Shown piece by piece: positions 35,498-46,271 of a stretch of DNA of 64,000 nucleotides. The stretch lies in IMG/VR virus record IMGVR_UViG_3300009514_000006, positions 1 through 64,000 of that record; one strand, 5' to 3'. The position numbers and the translations under genes are program-made. The notes beneath the pieces are model-generated. The model worked only from the letters and a program-made list of their open reading frames with translations, had not been told where the DNA came from and did no database searches. This DNA is from a virus. Position 1 is the first letter of the stretch, and each line of letters opens with the position of its first letter.

Positions 35498-38400
35498 TTA
35501 CGACTTAAGTCTCAAGTTTAATCCCATATCGGTATCACTGGTTGGAGAGCCATCAGTGTCACTGTCTTTTCTAGCTTTGCTAAACGCAGTAGTAGCTGTG
35601 GTCCCAAATATGGCTGCTCCAGCACCAATATTCCGTGTATAATTACCACTAACAAACGATCTAAGCGACGACCCCACACTCAAACACGGTCCTGAACTGT
35701 TTAAATCTACTACATTACCAGAAATTGAGCATTGGTCTACAAGAACAGCAACAATGCCCTCAGCACTACCCGAGGTAGAAGTTATCGAGTTTCCCGTGAT
35801 CGATACTATATCATTAGTAGGAGAAGCAGAACTAGCATCGATCGCTTTGGTGAGACCAGTCCCTGTTAGATAAATACTATTACTAGATATAGATACAATA
35901 CTCACATCTTTGATCTTTATACCAGTGGTTGCTGCGGCATTAGACTGAACGGTGTTGCTGGAGATTACGGAAGAAAAAGAATTTCCAGCGGCCGGTCCTT
36001 CTACCACTATCCCCGCTACCTTGGCTTTACTCACTACATTACCCGATATAACCAATCTACCTTCTGTAGTCCCCACTCCCGTAAAAAAAACAGAAATACC
36101 ATTATTTAAATAAGTAGAGTCTGTGGCTACTACTGTGTTTCCTGTTACGGCCAACGATTCTACCACCTCAGACCCAGACTCTGCTCGGACACCAGCTTCT
36201 AATACGGTTCCGGTAATAAGAGGACCTACTGAAACATTATTACTGGCCACAGAAGCGCGGGACACTCCAGACAAAAGTAATATACCGTAACACTTAAATG
36301 AAGCATCGTTCAGGACCCCATTTAAATTGTTGCCAATGATTGAAATTTGGTCAGAGGCTGAGCCTGCCCCATCATTCTGTACCTTGATAAATGCATTGTT
36401 ATCAACTGCTGCGGAGGAGGAACCTAAGGCATCCATTTCATTGTTACTTATGGAGGTTTGTGTCACGCTATCTGCAAATATGCCTGTCCAAGAAGATGCA
36501 GCACCTGAACCCACTGTATCAAAAGTATTACTTAGAACCGACGCTCGGGTACAGTTCCGCATATGTACACCATGCACTGAGGTACCTGAGGTCATTTGGA
36601 TGCGCTTAAAAGAGCACCCCATAATAGAAAGAGAAACAATACTCGCAACCTTAATACCGTAAGTATCCCCTCCTGAAACCCCGTTCCCTACATCCACAAA
36701 CGAACAACCCCTAATATCTACACTAGTTTTAGTAGCAGTAGTATTGTTAGACAAATTGATGCCGGCTATCAATGTAGCCGCATCGTCTCCTAACAAGTCA
36801 AAATGACACCCAGATATAGACCCATCTCGGATGACCAAAGACGCTGTGTCAATGATACCCTGCTGGCCTCTTCCTGCTTGGCATTTGAGCAGACACCCAG
36901 AAATAGAGAACCTTGTCACCGTGCCGAGGCGCACACCAACATCGCAATCTACGAATTTAGTATCTGTAATAAACAGGTCACTTACAGACACGGCATCAAT
37001 TCCGATACTTGCGGTACCCGCAGTAGCACTTTGAGTAATAGAACTATTCAATACATGACAATCTACACAAGCAGTATCAAACTTGATACCAAATTTTCCA
37101 GTAGCACCGATAGTCATGCTACAATGATCAACTACCCAATTAGAGTAATTAGTAACCGTACCCAACCCAGTGTTGCTGGCGCAGTCTCTAATCGTGACGT
37201 TACTCCCATTAGTAGTTTGAAAAACAGTGCTAGTTCCCGAAATACCAACAAACTTACAACCAGAGAAGGTTAGGTCAACAAGAGAGACACCGGCCAAGTT
37301 CACCACATTAGTGGCGCCAGTAGCGGCCGAAATGTCAAACACACATTCTTTAAAACCTACATTAGTGGAGAAGCTAGCAAGAGTAAGGGCCCGACTGCTA
37401 GCGCTAACAAATGAGCACACAAACTTACAACCAATAAAATTGGTAGTAGTAACCTTACCACTAAAAGCAAGTCCCGATCCAAGCCCTGCTAGAGACGAAA
37501 ACACACACGAGTAGAACGAGGATTGATCAACAACCCCAGATCCTGAAGTGGCAAATCCCTCAAACACACATTGTGTAGCCACCACAACATCACCACTAGT
37601 AGACTCAACCGAGTGAGAAGCGCCCCCTGCACCTAGAGTGAATGCTATATCTTTCAATATTATAGCTATTTGACTACTAGCTGCTCCTGCAGCGGCCAAG
37701 ACTATCCCAGCCGTGGCACTGTCTGTGCGGATAATAGTAGCTCCTGTTCCGTCTCCAACCAGTGTCACTGGTGTAGTCAACGTAATAGGAGTAGCAATCG
37801 CATAGGTGCCTTTTTTAAGGTAGACAATACCTCCCTCTGCCGGTAACGAATCAATAGCGGCCTGAATGGGCACTCCAGTGGTTCCATTGAAGTCACCAAA
37901 AGTAGTGGTTCCGTTGCCTACAGATACTGTATGGGCCCTAGCGCCCTGAACGCCACCAACATTATCATAATACTTCGGTGTTGCGGGGAAGGTGGTGGGA
38001 GGAGCTACGTTACCTACCTCCGAGTCCTTAGCAGATCCCCATTTTAGTTGCCTCACTTGTGCAGCCAGGAAATCTACATATTCCTTTAGGTTCTTAACCT
38101 GTACATCGCTATTACCTGTAGCAGCATAAGGATCTTGAGAAAGTCCGTAGCCAAGCTCAGAGTTTCCTTGCCAGAACAGGGGACGAGCGTCTCCGGCTGT
38201 TGTCGGAAGAAGTGGGTTATGGGAAGTCCTCTCAGATATATATGAGTTAGGAGAACCGCTAATATCCACTACCCTCTCGCCAATACCGTGATTATTAGCC
38301 AAGGTTCCGGTAAGATTCAATACATTATTTTTTCGGTCATTCGATGCTATTGTTACTGTCTCTGAGGTCCCCAAGCCCTCACCAACTGTTATATTTCCGC

Positions 38401-39037
38401 TATTCGGGAACAAGCGAGAATCAAGAAGAGGCACAAAAGACCCCCCAATAGACACAGCTTGTTTCAGACAAGCCCTAGCAGGTTTTGTGCCAATCGATAT
38501 AGCGCCACCAGACACCGTCACAATAGCTACGGGTATTTTTACACTGTTATTGTCTGTGCTAAAAGAAAACGAAGTAGTTGAAATGGGCGAAACAATATTC
38601 CAATCTGGAATTAATCTCGTAGCTACATTCTCACTAAATTCACGTCCATCCGGAATTACGTCACCGGAAGTGTCCAAGCCATTATCATAGGTTGGATCCC
38701 AAAAAGCTCGGGAATCTACATCACCTTCACTGGTAACAAACTCTACCTCAACATAATATGTGGCGTTAGTTGAGGCTAGGGTGACTGACCGCTGGGCAGA
38801 GTCGTCTGTTTCGTTGACTACAATTTCCCCGTCTCTATCAAAAGCCAACCCATTAAACACAGTAAGGGTAAGGCCCGAAACCTCCACCCGAAACCCATCA
38901 GATACCCTAGGTAGGTTGTCCTGTATAAAAGACTCCCACCTTAGCTTGTCTGACTCGTTAGCAAAAGTCTCTGTAGATGCTTTAAAATCGACTACATCTA
39001 TTCGTTGATTCGGTAGTACGTTTACTCTTTTGGGCAT
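35498..39037 (-). CDS. tailspike / right-handed beta-helix (pectin-lyase-like) receptor-binding protein
   Basis: IQAAIDSL..GGIVYL..GTY cap followed by long I.G(C/N).(F/I) beta-helix repeats; N-terminal baseplate-anchor region. Confidence 0.85.
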   Translation of the reverse strand: MPKRVNVLPNQRIDVVDFKASTETFANESDKLRWESFIQDNLPRVSDGFRVEVSGLTLTVFNGLAFDRDGEIVVNETDDSAQRSVTLASTNATYYVEVEFVTSEGDVDSRAFWDPTYDNGLDTSGDVIPDGREFSENVATRLIPDWNIVSPISTTSFSFSTDNNSVKIPVAIVTVSGGAISIGTKPARACLKQAVSIGGSFVPLLDSRLFPNSGNITVGEGLGTSETVTIASNDRKNNVLNLTGTLANNHGIGERVVDISGSPNSYISERTSHNPLLPTTAGDARPLFWQGNSELGYGLSQDPYAATGNSDVQVKNLKEYVDFLAAQVRQLKWGSAKDSEVGNVAPPTTFPATPKYYDNVGGVQGARAHTVSVGNGTTTFGDFNGTTGVPIQAAIDSLPAEGGIVYLKKGTYAIATPITLTTPVTLVGDGTGATIIRTDSATAGIVLAAAGAASSQIAIILKDIAFTLGAGGASHSVESTSGDVVVATQCVFEGFATSGSGVVDQSSFYSCVFSSLAGLGSGLAFSGKVTTTNFIGCKFVCSFVSASSRALTLASFSTNVGFKECVFDISAATGATNVVNLAGVSLVDLTFSGCKFVGISGTSTVFQTTNGSNVTIRDCASNTGLGTVTNYSNWVVDHCSMTIGATGKFGIKFDTACVDCHVLNSSITQSATAGTASIGIDAVSVSDLFITDTKFVDCDVGVRLGTVTRFSISGCLLKCQAGRGQQGIIDTASLVIRDGSISGCHFDLLGDDAATLIAGINLSNNTTATKTSVDIRGCSFVDVGNGVSGGDTYGIKVASIVSLSIMGCSFKRIQMTSGTSVHGVHMRNCTRASVLSNTFDTVGSGAASSWTGIFADSVTQTSISNNEMDALGSSSAAVDNNAFIKVQNDGAGSASDQISIIGNNLNGVLNDASFKCYGILLLSGVSRASVASNNVSVGPLITGTVLEAGVRAESGSEVVESLAVTGNTVVATDSTYLNNGISVFFTGVGTTEGRLVISGNVVSKAKVAGIVVEGPAAGNSFSSVISSNTVQSNAAATTGIKIKDVSIVSISSNSIYLTGTGLTKAIDASSASPTNDIVSITGNSITSTSGSAEGIVAVLVDQCSISGNVVDLNSSGPCLSVGSSLRSFVSGNYTRNIGAGAAIFGTTATTAFSKARKDSDTDGSPTSDTDMGLNLRLKS

Positions 39038-39042
39038 AATTA

Positions 39043-42000
39043 TTACCTACTATTAATGACGTTAATTAGTATACCAGCACCCTTAACCAAATCAAATAAT
39101 TCCCTAAAACAGGCACTGATATCCGGGGGCATAACCAAGGGAAAGGAATAACCATCAGTACGAGTCGTGCTTTCTGAAGAGCTTAACATGACTCTTTCTC
39201 CAACAACATGACCGGACAGTAGCACAGGAGGATCAAAGACTAAAGAAGTTCCATCAATATCTTGATAGATTGCTACTTCATCCTCACCTGCGTTAAACTC
39301 TATATATTCACCTACCGAATGAGTGTTGATGGGAGAAGCTGATATTGTCAACCTGTTAAGGCCAGTATCGTTTACTGACACGTACACCCTCTCCTCGCCT
39401 GCTTTGCCCTGCCCAAGTGTTATTTGGTAGGGGGACCCTGTAGGGGGGAAGATGCTGGAGTCAGGTACTTCGTAAACAGTCGGGCTAACTACATTAGTTA
39501 TTTTAGCTCTTGATGAAGGCGTCGCTAGCCCAAAGTTTAGGTACACCGTTCCGGACGGGCTAGGGAAACCAGACACAGAGGACAGAACTAACTCATAAGT
39601 CAGAGGTTCAACCAATTCATTGTACAAATGAGGAAAGATCAACCCGTTGTTTACTGTTATGACATCATTCAATAAACGAACTGTTTCAGTATCGTTATGA
39701 GCCACAGTGTTCGCCAATACTGTTAGAGTAGTGGCACCATCATTATCCAACACCGTAAGTATCTCCTCATTGGGACCTCCTTCGTCCACTATGACCCTAT
39801 ATCCAGCAGCATTGAGTATAGGTGTTTCCGGAAAAGCACTAGAATCATTTAAGGCTATATCAACCGAGAGTATACCAGGAGCAGGAATACCTACGGAACC
39901 ATCTAGAGAGTCCGCGACTGTGTTATTAGTGGAATCCTGTACCGTTGCATCTTCTGAATTACCGCTTTGTCTTCCTATACGAATAATATCCCCAATATTT
40001 AGTAAACTTGCATCTTTTACTTCTATATTAGTTCGACCAGATAATTGACCGGCAACAACCAGGGTGGGAGGAGGGACTAAGGTGGTAAGAGTAGATGACG
40101 TATCACTCGGACTTCTTTCTCCGGGGGAGAATAAGTACGGACCAGCAAATCTGTAGTCTATAACATTCCCCGATGCATCACGAACATTTCCTTCTTCTAA
40201 TGCGGGAGAGTCTCCATAAGGAAAAGTTACTAGAGACACACTAGTGCCTGCCGAATAGACAGAGCCAATCTCTTGTGTGAGGGTTAATGATGGCTTTGGA
40301 AAAGGTTTATCCGTGGAAAAAACAGGAGAATTATTCGCTGTCAAATCATTACTATTAGCTGTTGAATCTTTAAAATCATTAGCAAACTTCCAATACCCCC
40401 TCAGATCAGCCTGAGGCAAGGGCAGCTCCTGTAGCATACTATCCGAAATATCTGCTAAAGAACGGACAGTTGACCACACTCGTACTTCATCTATCAACCC
40501 GTCAAAATAATTAGGCGAACCTGCCTGCTCTCTCCCAATTTCAAAATTTGAGGACCCATTAAAAATGGTGCTGCCGGCCGAAAGAACCTGATCAACGCCC
40601 TGCTGCACCCCGTTCACGTAGAACCTACAAACACCATCTGACCTTTTTCTTGATACAGCAAAATGGTACCACACACCTATAGTAGGGGTAAACGCTTGAA
40701 GAGCCTGAACACTAGTATCTCCGTTATTGGAGAACCTAAAGGATAAGTTACCCCCAGAATATTGAAACCAGTAAGATCTGGTAAATCCCACGCCCCATTT
40801 GGCTACAAATGTGTTCGTAGCTGTGCTCTCAAACTTAGCCCAAAGCTCTATAGTGATATCATCAGTAATATCTAGACCAGTTTGCGCACCATCAGTTATA
40901 CTTAGGTACTGAGCGGAGGACGCTTCTAGATCTAAGGAATATGGGTTTATAGCAGAAACATCTTCTTGTCTAAATATGTAAAATGAGGTTTGGGTGCCGT
41001 CAACAAGAATAACCCCTGCCTCATCAGGAAAACCAGATACAGAATCTAACTCCAACTTTTTATCTGTAGAAATAGTTGCTCTTGCTAGAGTAGACGAAGC
41101 CGGAGATTGTACGGAGTCGTGAAACCACGAGGAATCAATATCTCTGATTATATTTAGACTAGATGGAATAACAACAGTAAGAATTCTAGGCGAGGTACTG
41201 TATAAGTCCCAGTGTTTACCTACTTGATAAACCCCGGCAGTTTCAACCAAAGCCCCAGAAACCAACAATTCCACGGAAGCCCCTACGCTGTGCGAAAACG
41301 ATAAAGGAAGAGGCAAAAGAAGCTGTGAAGAGGAGACATCGTTCCCATCAAAATATACAATCTCTTCACTTCCCTCTCCCTTATCAATCCTCAACAAACC
41401 AGAAACAGGGAAAACTTTAGTGTCCCCTACGTCCAACTGCAGGTAGGTTCTTCCAGGCGTCGCTGCAACCTCCAGTGGTTTTCTTACGAAATCAGATTTT
41501 ATACCAGAGTGAGAATTAAGCAAAGGTGAGCAGCTGAGGACATTAAATGCTGTATCGTTAAAGGATACTAAAACTACTTCCTCATACTCAGTTCCTCTGC
41601 CCACTAGAACAGGATAAGGATATCCTGTCTCTGGAAAAGAGCTAGTATCTAAAAGGGACAATGAAGTAGCCCCAGATATGGCTACTGATTTTAGTATACC
41701 CGAAGCATCCTCTATAGCGCTGTGACCTGTTTCTAGCGGTGCGGTAAGAAATATTTCATTAGTAGCGTAGTCAACAAAACAATAGTCTACAGTCTCTTCT
41801 GAGGGCAACCCCGGATCTAATATTATGGAACCTATCTGGGGTAAACGATCTGTATTTCTTACTACTATACTTTTGTCCCCAACCAACACCGAAGAAGTAA
41901 GATTGTGCCTTGTGCCAAACTGCGGGCCTAAACAAATCTCTAATATGTCTCTAAACGCTTTATAAATTAACTTGGGTTGTATGGCGAGCTTCTTGATAGC

Positions 42001-42153
42001 AGCTCGCCACCTATTATCGTCCCCAAAACCAATAGAAGGTCTATTTAATCCTAGGTTATTTCCTATATTGTTAAGGAAGGGACCATCAGCCGTGTCCACG
42101 TACAGCTGATCCCTAGCCTCTTTTATAGCTGATTTATTTTTGTTTACGGACAT
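39043..42153 (-). CDS. baseplate wedge-type protein with inserted LamG domain and repeated modules
   Basis: Follows baseplate J. LamG (ITIELWAKF...WYHFA...FDGLIDEVRVWS); several DSSxFP modules. Confidence 0.7.
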   Translation of the reverse strand: MSVNKNKSAIKEARDQLYVDTADGPFLNNIGNNLGLNRPSIGFGDDNRWRAAIKKLAIQPKLIYKAFRDILEICLGPQFGTRHNLTSSVLVGDKSIVVRNTDRLPQIGSIILDPGLPSEETVDYCFVDYATNEIFLTAPLETGHSAIEDASGILKSVAISGATSLSLLDTSSFPETGYPYPVLVGRGTEYEEVVLVSFNDTAFNVLSCSPLLNSHSGIKSDFVRKPLEVAATPGRTYLQLDVGDTKVFPVSGLLRIDKGEGSEEIVYFDGNDVSSSQLLLPLPLSFSHSVGASVELLVSGALVETAGVYQVGKHWDLYSTSPRILTVVIPSSLNIIRDIDSSWFHDSVQSPASSTLARATISTDKKLELDSVSGFPDEAGVILVDGTQTSFYIFRQEDVSAINPYSLDLEASSAQYLSITDGAQTGLDITDDITIELWAKFESTATNTFVAKWGVGFTRSYWFQYSGGNLSFRFSNNGDTSVQALQAFTPTIGVWYHFAVSRKRSDGVCRFYVNGVQQGVDQVLSAGSTIFNGSSNFEIGREQAGSPNYFDGLIDEVRVWSTVRSLADISDSMLQELPLPQADLRGYWKFANDFKDSTANSNDLTANNSPVFSTDKPFPKPSLTLTQEIGSVYSAGTSVSLVTFPYGDSPALEEGNVRDASGNVIDYRFAGPYLFSPGERSPSDTSSTLTTLVPPPTLVVAGQLSGRTNIEVKDASLLNIGDIIRIGRQSGNSEDATVQDSTNNTVADSLDGSVGIPAPGILSVDIALNDSSAFPETPILNAAGYRVIVDEGGPNEEILTVLDNDGATTLTVLANTVAHNDTETVRLLNDVITVNNGLIFPHLYNELVEPLTYELVLSSVSGFPSPSGTVYLNFGLATPSSRAKITNVVSPTVYEVPDSSIFPPTGSPYQITLGQGKAGEERVYVSVNDTGLNRLTISASPINTHSVGEYIEFNAGEDEVAIYQDIDGTSLVFDPPVLLSGHVVGERVMLSSSESTTRTDGYSFPLVMPPDISACFRELFDLVKGAGILINVINSR

Positions 42154-43994
42154 TAAATCACCGTTATAAGAGAGTTCCCTGCGGGATCAGCGGGTACTGG
42201 AAGTTCGTCTTCTAGAATAGCCACATCAGAAGCGGGGCTCTGTACCGTCACATTAAGCATCCCCGTAACACCCATTGCTCTTTCTATTATCTCTGCCAGA
42301 ATAACATTCTCACCTATCCCTAAGCTATTTATGTACAACTCAATTGCTTCCTTAACTAAGGGAGCCAAATCTATCTCTTCAAAACCATTCTGAGCGGCTA
42401 TGGATAGACGGACTGACACGCGCCGAATAGAGGGAACAGCCACATTCACAATAACTCCCGCACACGCCACCCCAGGGAGTTCGCTAATGTCAGGGTCTCC
42501 ATTAACTATTCTCTGTACCTCAAACAAAAGACCTGTGTAATAGGAGTAAGAGGCAACAAGAACAGAACCTAAGGGGGCTCCTGATCCCGTTAACTGTATT
42601 TCTCCGGTACCTCTATTTAGGTAATAATCAGTGTTTAGAACCTTTAAAGAAAAACCAGAACCAGAGTTAATCCAAAGGCGTATACTCCCATTAACTATTG
42701 GGAACTTAGCTACTCTAAAGAGCTTTTGGCCTGCCTCTGCGCTAGCAGTAATTAATTCTACTAAGACAAGTTCGTCGCTTAAATCATGCTCTCTAGAGGT
42801 TGGTGTGCTCAACGCAGCAACATTCGGATAAATCGTTCTATTTATAGAGGTGTACTGCAGTAGCTCAATTTGAGAAGAATTCTCTGGACTAACAATAAGG
42901 TAACCCTCATCAGGAAAGTCATCACCATTGTCAATGGACAAAGAAGAGGCAGGGGGGAAGGAAGGAATAGCTACTGCTACATCAGATGATGCTAGAACAA
43001 CTGAGTCAGGAACCAGCCCCGTCCCATCGTCTACGTATAAAATAACCTCGCTATTACTTGGGGGAGTTACTGCTTTGGCCGTAACCACTCTTTGTCCTGT
43101 TACAGGATCAGCTACACCAAGAACTGCCTGTTCCAGAGCAGTTCTTGTTCCAGAACTAAGAGTCTGTACGTGTAACCTAGCTCGGGATCTCAGTTGCGAA
43201 TCCCTCTCGGTATCCCGCCCTCCTCCAAATATCGACGTATTGAACACTAAAGCCCCGGTGAATGGGGGTGCCGAAACGAACTGAGATACTCTTCCTACCC
43301 CTACGTTTCCTCCTGATCCTGGTACTATAGCCTTGGCTGAAATAGTAGTTGATTCATAGTTTCCGTTAACCAAAATACCTGATTCAGTGGTCGTAAATTT
43401 AATAGCAGCCGACGCACCTGCAGAGGGAACTTGAATCAGTAAGCTCGCCGCTATATTAACGTCAGCTGCACCCGAGACCAGGGATACACGGTCCCCCAAT
43501 GAATGATTATTAGATAAACCAGACGGGACGGTAAGAATGCTTCCTGCGACGTTGTTGTCTAGGACCTGAATATCTTCAACCGATGGAGTCCCCTCGCCTA
43601 TTCTGACAGTATAGGGATACCCAGAAGTGGGAAAAGATGAGGAGTCCTCAAGAGATACAGTTATGGATCCAACCAAGGTATCAAAAATTAAAGAATTAGT
43701 AATCAAGTTACCATCAGTAATGACAACCGATCCAACCGATGAAGCAGGTCTGAGTCTTGTTAGCCCAAAGTCAGCCACACGAGCGTCTAGGTCAACCCCA
43801 GAGGCGCTGTTCAGGCTGTAGCCATCGATTAGCTCTGCCATTTGGAAATATTGTTCGTCGTCCTCAATGGCGGCAGCCTCTAAAATTGTGCGAATAACAG
43901 ATCCTACAGTAAAATCTGTTATTGTTGTGTTTAATTTGACATAATTAATCATGTCGGTAAGTATTTGATCAAATGTTCTAGGTATAAAGGCCAT
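42153..43994 (-). CDS. baseplate J-like protein
   Basis: TDFTVGSV.RT.LEA, GG.D.E.D.QLR.R, C-terminal LGIGENV...I. Confidence 0.88.
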   Translation of the reverse strand: MAFIPRTFDQILTDMINYVKLNTTITDFTVGSVIRTILEAAAIEDDEQYFQMAELIDGYSLNSASGVDLDARVADFGLTRLRPASSVGSVVITDGNLITNSLIFDTLVGSITVSLEDSSSFPTSGYPYTVRIGEGTPSVEDIQVLDNNVAGSILTVPSGLSNNHSLGDRVSLVSGAADVNIAASLLIQVPSAGASAAIKFTTTESGILVNGNYESTTISAKAIVPGSGGNVGVGRVSQFVSAPPFTGALVFNTSIFGGGRDTERDSQLRSRARLHVQTLSSGTRTALEQAVLGVADPVTGQRVVTAKAVTPPSNSEVILYVDDGTGLVPDSVVLASSDVAVAIPSFPPASSLSIDNGDDFPDEGYLIVSPENSSQIELLQYTSINRTIYPNVAALSTPTSREHDLSDELVLVELITASAEAGQKLFRVAKFPIVNGSIRLWINSGSGFSLKVLNTDYYLNRGTGEIQLTGSGAPLGSVLVASYSYYTGLLFEVQRIVNGDPDISELPGVACAGVIVNVAVPSIRRVSVRLSIAAQNGFEEIDLAPLVKEAIELYINSLGIGENVILAEIIERAMGVTGMLNVTVQSPASDVAILEDELPVPADPAGNSLITVI

Positions 43995-43997
43995 AAC

Positions 43998-45782
43998 TTA
44001 TCTCCGAACCCCAAAGTCGAGGGAAACTGCCTGATCGGTACCTATGACTCTAACATTAGCTTGAAGACTGAGTGTGTTGCCTGTATAAGATATATTGAAA
44101 TCTTCCACATCAAGTATACGACTATCTGATAGCAACGAGGCCCTAGCTATTATCTGGAACAAATTAATAGAAGATAAACTAGGCTGCTTCACTCCTACAG
44201 GGAATCTGATACCATAGGATGGATGCAAAGGAAGTTCCCCTTGTTCGGTACTAAATTTAACAAACATTGCTTGCTCTATATTAGCGGTTCCGGACAGGAT
44301 CTTAAGATCTCCACTGGCTGAGTCTACTGACAAGTCCAAGATACCGTCAAGTCCTCTTGATTCTAAGTTTAGATCTCTGCCTAATCGGCTCTCTAAGGCC
44401 CCTACATCATTGAACTTAGCAGAGACACTGCGTCCTATAGAAGAGCCTACCGAAGCCGAGCTTGTGGGAAATAGCATCCTGTCTCCCGGACGCAAAACAG
44501 ACACACCATCACCGTCCGGACTTATGTAAGGGGCTTTTAGCTTGTTCAAAAAAACTAAAGATTTCCATCTAGCTGAGTTACCTAAAAGCCTATTAGCTAT
44601 ATTTTGAATAGTTTCTCCCACAGCTATGGTGGCTTCTGCGGCCGAATTACCAATAAACTGATTAGAAATACTAGAAGGATCTCCCCCTGTACCTATCTGT
44701 CTTTGTGTGTTGTTCTTAGTGAACAAATGGTTCTTTGCAGAGATTATAGACCCTTGTGGGGAAGAAGATAATTGGTCCTCACCAGCAACAGCTGCCACTA
44801 GACGAGACAAGCCCCACAGTGCTCGCTGTATCCTATCTCGAACCTGTATGACACCTTGTGTTATATATAACGAGCTAGAGGCTTGGGCTAGTGCTTCTAG
44901 GGTACTTATAGCATTCCTAGACAGAACGCGAAGTGAATCCTCAGGAATATACCGAAGAGAAACCCCCACGTTAGCAATACCGGTTAGTGTATTTAAGATC
45001 TGATTAGCAGGAGCAATTATGTCAGAGAACAAACGCACCGCTGAGGAAAGTCCCTCACGGGACAAGGCATCAATTCTGAATAGGACTCTGTTCAAATCAG
45101 ATCTATATGATTTTAATCGATCTCGAAAGCCTATGGGAGAATTTTTAGCTGCTTGAGGGTCTGGAATCCGCCAGAAAGTCTTATGTGCCTCAATCCTAGA
45201 GATTGTCCTAAGAACAATTTCATACGAGGTAGTGAGAGGAGAGGATGATTCACGACTAGTCTTAAAAGACATAGGTTCTACGATATAAAATTCCCCATTC
45301 TTACTATCTCCCCACACCATTACTACTTTATGGGCTACATTAATATCCCTCTTTGCTTCGTAGTATGCCTGAAAAAAATTCTTTAATTCAATAAGCCTAT
45401 CAAAACCTGTCTTTTCACTATTACTAAGTCCAGTTTCTAAAGACAAGCCCTCGCCAACACGGACCACAGGAAAAGGCCGTAAACCAGTAGTTCCCGATAT
45501 GCTTATATTCTTATAAATCTGGCCTTGATGTTCAATAAACTGACCCCCGTCTTGTGTAGGCGTAACAAGGACTGCCGCAGGCTCGTCCGTACTTATTGCC
45601 TTAGGATGTAGGTTAAATATGTAGTCAAAACCAGCGAAAGAAAAAGATGAATCACCAGTGCTACCACCAGACAGAAATAAACTTGAATCTGTGGAGAGTA
45701 TCGACAAGGCATAAAGACCTTGCTGGTTGGATTGATACAATTTCCAATTGCTTCTAGGGGGACTAGTAAATTCCTTTGCCAT
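43998..45782 (-). CDS. multidomain baseplate protein: tube-initiator-like N-domain, LysM, gp25/GpW-like C-domain
   Basis: ISISGTTG; ETIQNIA.RLLG..ARW..L...N.L LysM; SGTANIEQA...T..GELP.HP.YG. Confidence 0.7.
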   Translation of the reverse strand: MAKEFTSPPRSNWKLYQSNQQGLYALSILSTDSSLFLSGGSTGDSSFSFAGFDYIFNLHPKAISTDEPAAVLVTPTQDGGQFIEHQGQIYKNISISGTTGLRPFPVVRVGEGLSLETGLSNSEKTGFDRLIELKNFFQAYYEAKRDINVAHKVVMVWGDSKNGEFYIVEPMSFKTSRESSSPLTTSYEIVLRTISRIEAHKTFWRIPDPQAAKNSPIGFRDRLKSYRSDLNRVLFRIDALSREGLSSAVRLFSDIIAPANQILNTLTGIANVGVSLRYIPEDSLRVLSRNAISTLEALAQASSSLYITQGVIQVRDRIQRALWGLSRLVAAVAGEDQLSSSPQGSIISAKNHLFTKNNTQRQIGTGGDPSSISNQFIGNSAAEATIAVGETIQNIANRLLGNSARWKSLVFLNKLKAPYISPDGDGVSVLRPGDRMLFPTSSASVGSSIGRSVSAKFNDVGALESRLGRDLNLESRGLDGILDLSVDSASGDLKILSGTANIEQAMFVKFSTEQGELPLHPSYGIRFPVGVKQPSLSSINLFQIIARASLLSDSRILDVEDFNISYTGNTLSLQANVRVIGTDQAVSLDFGVRR

Positions 45783-45788
45783 ATGACC

Positions 45789-46271
45789 TCATACTATAGG
45801 AGTGCTAATGTTGGGAGGAGTGATTACTTTTCCACCAGAAACAGTCTGGTTGTGCCATATGCCCGCAATAGCATCAACAGCATCACTTAACGATCTGTTG
45901 TTGGCTAGATTGTCTGTAAGAAGGGGGATTAGATCCCCAACCATAGAAGCATGTAGGGGAGGGACGACAGCTACGGCTCCAGCAAACGACGCAGTAAGAC
46001 CCAAAGACACGGCTCCCCAAAAAGCATTTACAGCAGCAACTAACTTAATAGCACCAGTAGATATATCTACTGATTCTTTTATCCCCTCAAGAGCCAAAAC
46101 CATAGCATTTTTACCTGCTTCAACACCTAAGGGTAGTATAGGGGTCAGTGCCTGGGCCTCTGCAACATACGTAGCATATACGGCTACCAACGCCGCCACG
46201 GCTTCATCTTCAGTTTCATATTGACCTAGGCTCTTTAGGCCAGAAGATAATGTGGCTTCCTTCATAGCCAT
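45789..46271 (-). CDS. hypothetical virion protein
   Basis: ATG at 46271 overlaps the spike stop (TAATG); lies in the baseplate cluster. Confidence 0.6.
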   Translation of the reverse strand: MAMKEATLSSGLKSLGQYETEDEAVAALVAVYATYVAEAQALTPILPLGVEAGKNAMVLALEGIKESVDISTGAIKLVAAVNAFWGAVSLGLTASFAGAVAVVPPLHASMVGDLIPLLTDNLANNRSLSDAVDAIAGIWHNQTVSGGKVITPPNISTPIV

